This document shows positions 60,396 through 64,000 of a stretch of 64,000 nt of DNA, one piece after another. Source of the stretch: Patescibacteria group bacterium (GTDB taxonomy: Bacteria; Patescibacteriota; Patescibacteriia; UBA10025; JBIOWE01). The notes under the pieces are model-generated. The model had not been told where the DNA came from. It did not search any database and saw nothing but the letters and a program-made list of their open reading frames with translations. Every line of letters begins with the position of its first letter. The first letter of the stretch is position 1. The stretch is taken from assembly GCA_044868145.1 (NCBI GenBank), contig JBIOWE010000004.1, forward strand, positions 203,197 through 267,196. The letters are read 5' to 3'. Position numbers and translations under genes: made by a program.

Positions 60396-60415
60396 TGGAG
60401 CGGGAGACGGGATTC
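60396..60415 (-). repeat. 20-nt duplicate of the tRNA-Gly(GCC) 3' end (TGGAGCGGGAGACGGGATTC), 155 bp from the intact gene. att-like scar within a hairpin-rich 250-bp spacer
   Basis: Identical to 60571-60590. Neighbouring hairpins: GCCCCGCC-aac-GGCGGGGC and GACTGCC-acc-GGCAGTC. Confidence 0.55.
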
Positions 60416-60570
60416 CTTCTCCCCTGTCGCCCCGCCAACGGCGGGGCTCCTCCTCCGAAGCCCGGGTCTCTCATCGACTGCCACCGGCAGTCGCTTCGAG
60501 TACCCTGCGAATCCCAAATAATGTTTAGCGAATCGCCTTTGTGCTAGTTATTATCTTTGTGCCAAAGGTC

Positions 60571-60645
60571 TGGAGCGGGAGACGGGATTCGCACCCGCGA
60601 CCTCTTCCTTGGCAAGGAAGCGTTCTACTGCTGAACTACTCCCGC
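60571..60645 (-). tRNA. tRNA-Gly (anticodon GCC), CCA encoded
   Basis: Minus strand: GCGGGAGTAGTTCAGCAGTAGAACGCTTCCTTGCCAAGGAAGAGGTCGCGGGTGCGAATCCCGTCTCCCGCTCCA. Confidence 0.85.
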
Positions 60646-60748
60646 CCTCCCAAATTTTCGAAATATCACGGTTGACCTTTTATCGGTAAAACTCGATTTT
60701 ACTTCGAACGTTTTTTCTACTCGAAAATTTGGGAGGGCACGCCACTCA
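60646..60748 (-). promoter_or_regulatory. Structured leader of tRNA-Gly(GCC): inverted repeat CCTCCCAAATTTTCGAA (60646-60663) / TCGAAAATTTTGGGAGG (60721-60738), plus a conserved box shared with the tRNA-Gly(TCC) leader
   Basis: Complementarity and inter-locus conservation read from the sequence. Confidence 0.45.
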
Positions 60749-60806
60749 ATTATTGATGACGTCGCGAATAATGTTTTTATTTTTTGCCTCGATTTCTTCG
60801 AAATTT

Positions 60807-60881
60807 TGGAGGCCACGAGGGGAATCGAACCCCTGAATAGAGGTTTTGCAGACCTCTGCCTTCCCACTTGGCTACGTGGCC
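60807..60881 (-). tRNA. tRNA-Cys (anticodon GCA), CCA encoded
   Basis: Minus strand: GGCCACGTAGCCAAGTGGGAAGGCAGAGGTCTGCAAAACCTCTATTCAGGGGTTCGATTCCCCTCGTGGCCTCCA. Confidence 0.85.
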
Positions 60882-60918
60882 GTAAAGCATACACTCCACC
60901 ATATCAGAAGTTTGTTGT

Positions 60919-61698
60919 TTATTCAAGCCGTTGTAATTCTTTAATCAGTGATGTATGAATCTTGCCGTTTGATGCCACAACGTCCGGGCTTTTTACGGTC
61001 CATGGTTTGCCTTGCCAATCAGTAACGACGCCCCCCGCCTCGCGCGTAAGGAGAACGCCGGCGACCACGTCCCACAGGGTAGTGGGACCCGAGATCGCAG
61101 TAGCTTCAATGCCACCGGTAAGCAGAAAATAATAGCCAATTGCTGCCGAACCGAACAGACGTACGTTGCGTACTTTTGGAAATAGGTGTAAGAATCCAGC
61201 GAGAATCGTCTGCATGGGCTCACGTTTATGCATCGCTGAGAGGTTAACAATGGATTTTTTCAATTCTTTCGTTTGATTGACGCGCACTCGTTTGCCATCG
61301 AGAAACGCGCCTTTGCCCTTTTCTGCGTAAAGGGTTTTATGAAAGACTGGCAAGTAAATAGCCGATGCGAGAATGTCGTCCCGATGTACGAGACTTACCA
61401 TAACGCCAAAATACGGGCTGCCCATCACGTAGTTCGTCGTGCCATCGATCGGGTCAACAACCCACAGGTAATCGGAAGATTTTTTTGATCGTCCGCGCTC
61501 CTCACCCAGTATCGCGTGGTTGGGGAATTGTTGATAGATGAGCGTTCTGATCATTTGTTCGGTCGCCACGTCTACATTCGTTGCGATGGATTGTTTCTTT
61601 TGTCGAATAGTAATCAGCGCTCGCTTACCGAAGCTTTTCATGATGAGTCGTCCGGCTTCATGGCTAGCGTGAATCGCGAGCTTGGTGTAGTCATTCAT
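60919..61698 (-). CDS. Inositol monophosphatase-family phosphatase (SuhB/ImpA-like)
   Basis: Motifs WVVDPIDGTTNY and ILGEERG, plus a C-terminal GG/D block. Confidence 0.85.
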   Translation of the reverse strand: MNDYTKLAIHASHEAGRLIMKSFGKRALITIRQKKQSIATNVDVATEQMIRTLIYQQFPNHAILGEERGRSKKSSDYLWVVDPIDGTTNYVMGSPYFGVMVSLVHRDDILASAIYLPVFHKTLYAEKGKGAFLDGKRVRVNQTKELKKSIVNLSAMHKREPMQTILAGFLHLFPKVRNVRLFGSAAIGYYFLLTGGIEATAISGPTTLWDVVAGVLLTREAGGVVTDWQGKPWTVKSPDVVASNGKIHTSLIKELQRLE

Positions 61699-62201
61699 AA
61701 AGTCGCTGCCTCAATTATTTCAAGCGAATCGTTTGACGTATTATACAACCCAAATGACGCGGGGTATTTTAGGTCCGCAAGGTTCCCAGGATTAGCGAGC
61801 AGCGTTCTGCCGATCTTTTTTTGCGCCTTCAGATGGTCGTGGCCATAGAACACGAGATCGTAGTCCCCGCTTTTCGCGAGTTTCTCAGCGATGATCGGAT
61901 AATGAGTAATGGCAACTTTTTTACCAGCAATCTCAAATTCACCAATATCTTTGTACGGTTTGACATTTGCTGCATCACCTTCATAGATCCGTTTCATGAT
62001 GAGGTACGGGTCCCCGTCCACATTACCAAAAATGTAGTGAATCGTGCCTGGGAATTGTTTTGCGATTTCGACAAGCGTTGCTGGTGCGCACACGTCGCCA
62101 CAGTGAATGAGTATGTCAATGCCCTGGCTGTGAATGTATGTCAAAGCCTTTTGTATATTAGGCAAATGATCGTGGGTATCGGAAATGACGGCAAATTTCA
62201 T
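61695..62201 (-). CDS. Metallophosphoesterase (YfcE/MJ0936-like phosphodiesterase)
   Basis: Motifs MKFAVISDTHD...HCGD...GHDH. 168 aa. Confidence 0.8.
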   Translation of the reverse strand: MKFAVISDTHDHLPNIQKALTYIHSQGIDILIHCGDVCAPATLVEIAKQFPGTIHYIFGNVDGDPYLIMKRIYEGDAANVKPYKDIGEFEIAGKKVAITHYPIIAEKLAKSGDYDLVFYGHDHLKAQKKIGRTLLANPGNLADLKYPASFGLYNTSNDSLEIIEAATL

Positions 62202-62205
62202 ATGA

Positions 62206-62841
62206 TTAACTATATCCTAAGAGTATGTAAAGGATGGTTGCGCCGTATTCGCGGGCAATGGCTATAAAGCTATCCAATTTGTCACGAGTAGACGTTTGGT
62301 CGACAAGCGTCGAGTCAGCGGCAACGCACGTGATGTCAACACGCTGCGTGCGAAATACGCCGCATGCCCGCTTTGTGTGAAAGTCAGAGGTGACCACGAT
62401 GGCGCTTTGCCAGTGTCGTTCCGGCATGCTTTCTTTTGTGAATAAGGCATTGCCGTGCGTGTCGGTTGAATGAACTTCCGTGAAAATTTCTTTATCGGAA
62501 ACGCCATGCGCTAAGGCAAATTGTTTCATAACGGTGCTCTCAATATAGGACGTACCTGCCACCGGTCCACCACTCATCAGCAAACTGGGAGCCCAGCCGT
62601 CACGTAAAAGTTTTATGCCTGTAAGCACGCGTTCCTGCGCTTTTTTCGGGAGGGAACCCGTATCTTTATCTACCCCTGATCCAAGCACGACAATGATGTC
62701 GGCTTTTTTTGGCTCCTCGCTGATCGTGAGCGGTTTTGCGAGTGTTTCATTCAAGTTTGTTTTGAGAATGGAGACGTAGAGCGCTGCGATCACAATGACC
62801 AGAATTATGCCAAATCGTATGGAAAAAGATTTAATTCTCAT
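62206..62841 (-). CDS. DUF218 (YdcF/ElyC/SanA-like) domain protein with an N-terminal TM anchor
   Basis: Conserved block ADIIVVLGSG...LLMSGG...TSDFHTKRA. Confidence 0.7.
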   Translation of the reverse strand: MRIKSFSIRFGIILVIVIAALYVSILKTNLNETLAKPLTISEEPKKADIIVVLGSGVDKDTGSLPKKAQERVLTGIKLLRDGWAPSLLMSGGPVAGTSYIESTVMKQFALAHGVSDKEIFTEVHSTDTHGNALFTKESMPERHWQSAIVVTSDFHTKRACGVFRTQRVDITCVAADSTLVDQTSTRDKLDSFIAIAREYGATILYILLGYS

Positions 62842-63676
62842 CGCGCAGTTTTTTTAGCAGTTGAATATCCTTTCGTTCTTTTCCATCCTTCGGGGTTTCC
62901 AAAACGAAGTCGACGTTTTTTAGATCCGGGGATGTCAATAATGCACGAAACCCCTCTGTTCCGATTTTTCCTTCACCAATATGTTCGTGTCGATCGATAT
63001 GCGTGCCTATGTCCGTTTTTGAGTCGTTTGCGTGGACAAGTGCAAGTTTTTCTTTACCAAGAACGCGATCAAGCAAGTGCAAGACTTTGTCCGCGCCCGC
63101 TTTTGTCCGTAGGTCATAGCCAGACGTAAACGCATGGCACGTATCGAGGCAAACGCCAATCTGTTTGGCCACCTTCGGCTTGATGAGTTTGAGTATAGCA
63201 GCAATTTCTTCAAATGTATCGCCGATGATTTTACCAGCACCCGCGGACATTTCAATGAGGAATTGCGTTGTCCCTTTATAGTCGGTTAAAATTTTCGTAA
63301 TAGCTTCCGCAACTTTTTTTAGCGCCGTGGCATCGCCAAGTTCGCGAGCCGATCCAAGGTGGGTCATTAACGCTCGGACCCCGATTTTTGAACCGCGCTC
63401 AAGATCATCGCGAATCACAGATATTGAGCCGTAATAAATGCGGTTGTTCGTTGAGGCGAGGTTAATGTAATACGGCGTATGGACGTAATAGTGCGAGAAA
63501 TTGTACTGCTTGCACGCATCGGCAAACGAGGCGACGCTGGCGGGCGTGAGGGGCGACGGCTTGCCACCGTGCGGCGAGCGCATGAACATTTGAAAACATT
63601 CGCACCCCGCCTCTGCCGCGTTATGCGGCGCATTCTGTATACCCCCGGCAATGGAGACGTGGGCACCTATTTTCAT
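62831..63676 (-). CDS. nfo: Endonuclease IV (AP endonuclease, Nfo)
   Basis: MKIGAHVSIAGGIQNA..., with xylose-isomerase-like TIM-barrel metal ligands (HxxY, HANDSK). Confidence 0.9.
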   Translation of the reverse strand: MKIGAHVSIAGGIQNAPHNAAEAGCECFQMFMRSPHGGKPSPLTPASVASFADACKQYNFSHYYVHTPYYINLASTNNRIYYGSISVIRDDLERGSKIGVRALMTHLGSARELGDATALKKVAEAITKILTDYKGTTQFLIEMSAGAGKIIGDTFEEIAAILKLIKPKVAKQIGVCLDTCHAFTSGYDLRTKAGADKVLHLLDRVLGKEKLALVHANDSKTDIGTHIDRHEHIGEGKIGTEGFRALLTSPDLKNVDFVLETPKDGKERKDIQLLKKLRDEN

Positions 63677-63682
63677 AATAGA

Positions 63683-64000
63683 TTATGCATTGACTCGTTC
63701 TAAAAATTCGAACACTTTTTGGCTTACGAGGATATTCTTCAGATACTGCATATAATCATTCGACATCACATACTGTAACTCATCGCGATTCGCGCCACTG
63801 CGCTCGATTTGCCGTTTACGCTCGCTCTCGACTTCTTCTTCGGGCACAGAGATTGATTCGCGCTTGGCGACCTCCCGTAAGATCAACGCGGTTTGAATCC
63901 TTTTTTGAGCCGCTGGACGCAATTCCTGCTCAAATGTTTTACGCGTCTTGTTGCGGTGCGCGAGATAGTCTTCAAACTTCATACCTTGTTGGGCTACTTC
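63683..64000 (-). CDS. tig: Trigger factor, C-terminal domain only (gene continues beyond the window end)
   Basis: VAKRESISVPEEEV and surrounding helices resemble the trigger factor C-terminal arm. The ORF is open at the window edge. Confidence 0.6.
   Translation of the reverse strand, partial: EVAQQGMKFEDYLAHRNKTRKTFEQELRPAAQKRIQTALILREVAKRESISVPEEEVESERKRQIERSGANRDELQYVMSNDYMQYLKNILVSQKVFEFLERVNA

Noticed and set aside
60625-60894. 89-aa ORF across the tRNA cluster
   Set aside because: It is covered by the tRNA-Gly(GCC) leader and the tRNA-Cys gene, so it is an artefact of ORF calling through RNA genes.

Overview
Most of this window looks like a streamlined bacterial chromosome (about 50% GC, short proteins, type IV pilus ATPase, unlinked 16S rRNA, many small membrane proteins). 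That is typical of a Patescibacteria/CPR-like genome, but this assignment is an inference from gene content. All calls below come from reading the provided ORF translations and the raw sequence for motifs. No database searches were run.

Housekeeping content:
- Left end: yidC (C-terminal part), tsaE, DHH phosphoesterase, pilB, valS, tsaD, tRNA-Glu.
- Middle: pepA, ruvB, a surface-glycan cluster (Wzx-like flippase, GT4, two Wzy/WaaL-like proteins), HAD hydrolase, ftsH, rpsA, gyrA.
- Right side: rpmF-nusB-rnc, pyrF-pyrE, a hinge-less SMC-like ATPase, rpsP-KH-trmD, then a 16S rRNA followed by tRNA-Ile(GAT), tRNA-Phe(GAA) and a terminator, with no 23S gene.
- Right end: a minus-strand tRNA cluster (Cys, Gly-GCC, Leu-TAA, Pro-TGG), then IMPase, metallophosphoesterase, DUF218, nfo and a partial tig.

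Candidates most worth follow-up:
1. A compact signalling cluster at 9.6-13.8 kb: two paralogous STAS-like small proteins, an ECF sigma factor with a membrane-anchored candidate anti-sigma, a cytoplasmic PAS histidine kinase and a receiver-only response regulator.
2. Two AT-rich, apparently foreign genes sitting next to tRNA genes. One is an HTH plus LAGLIDADG-like protein beside an unusual tRNA-Ile(UAU) at about 30.8 kb. The other is a 471-aa protein carrying an Rx4H HEPN-type motif beside the tRNA cluster at 58.1-59.5 kb, a candidate abortive-infection/defence gene.
3. Several duplicated tRNA 3'-end fragments (Glu, Gly-GCC, Ile) that look like integration scars.
4. A protein made of five tandem 44-aa repeats at 22.1-22.7 kb.
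5. A candidate 170-270-nt nested-hairpin ncRNA at 17.3-17.6 kb.
6. A consensus sigma-70 promoter plus intrinsic terminator that delimit a transcript of about 135 nt with no ORF, between trmD and the 16S gene.
7. An alkyltransferase-like (PWHRV) protein.
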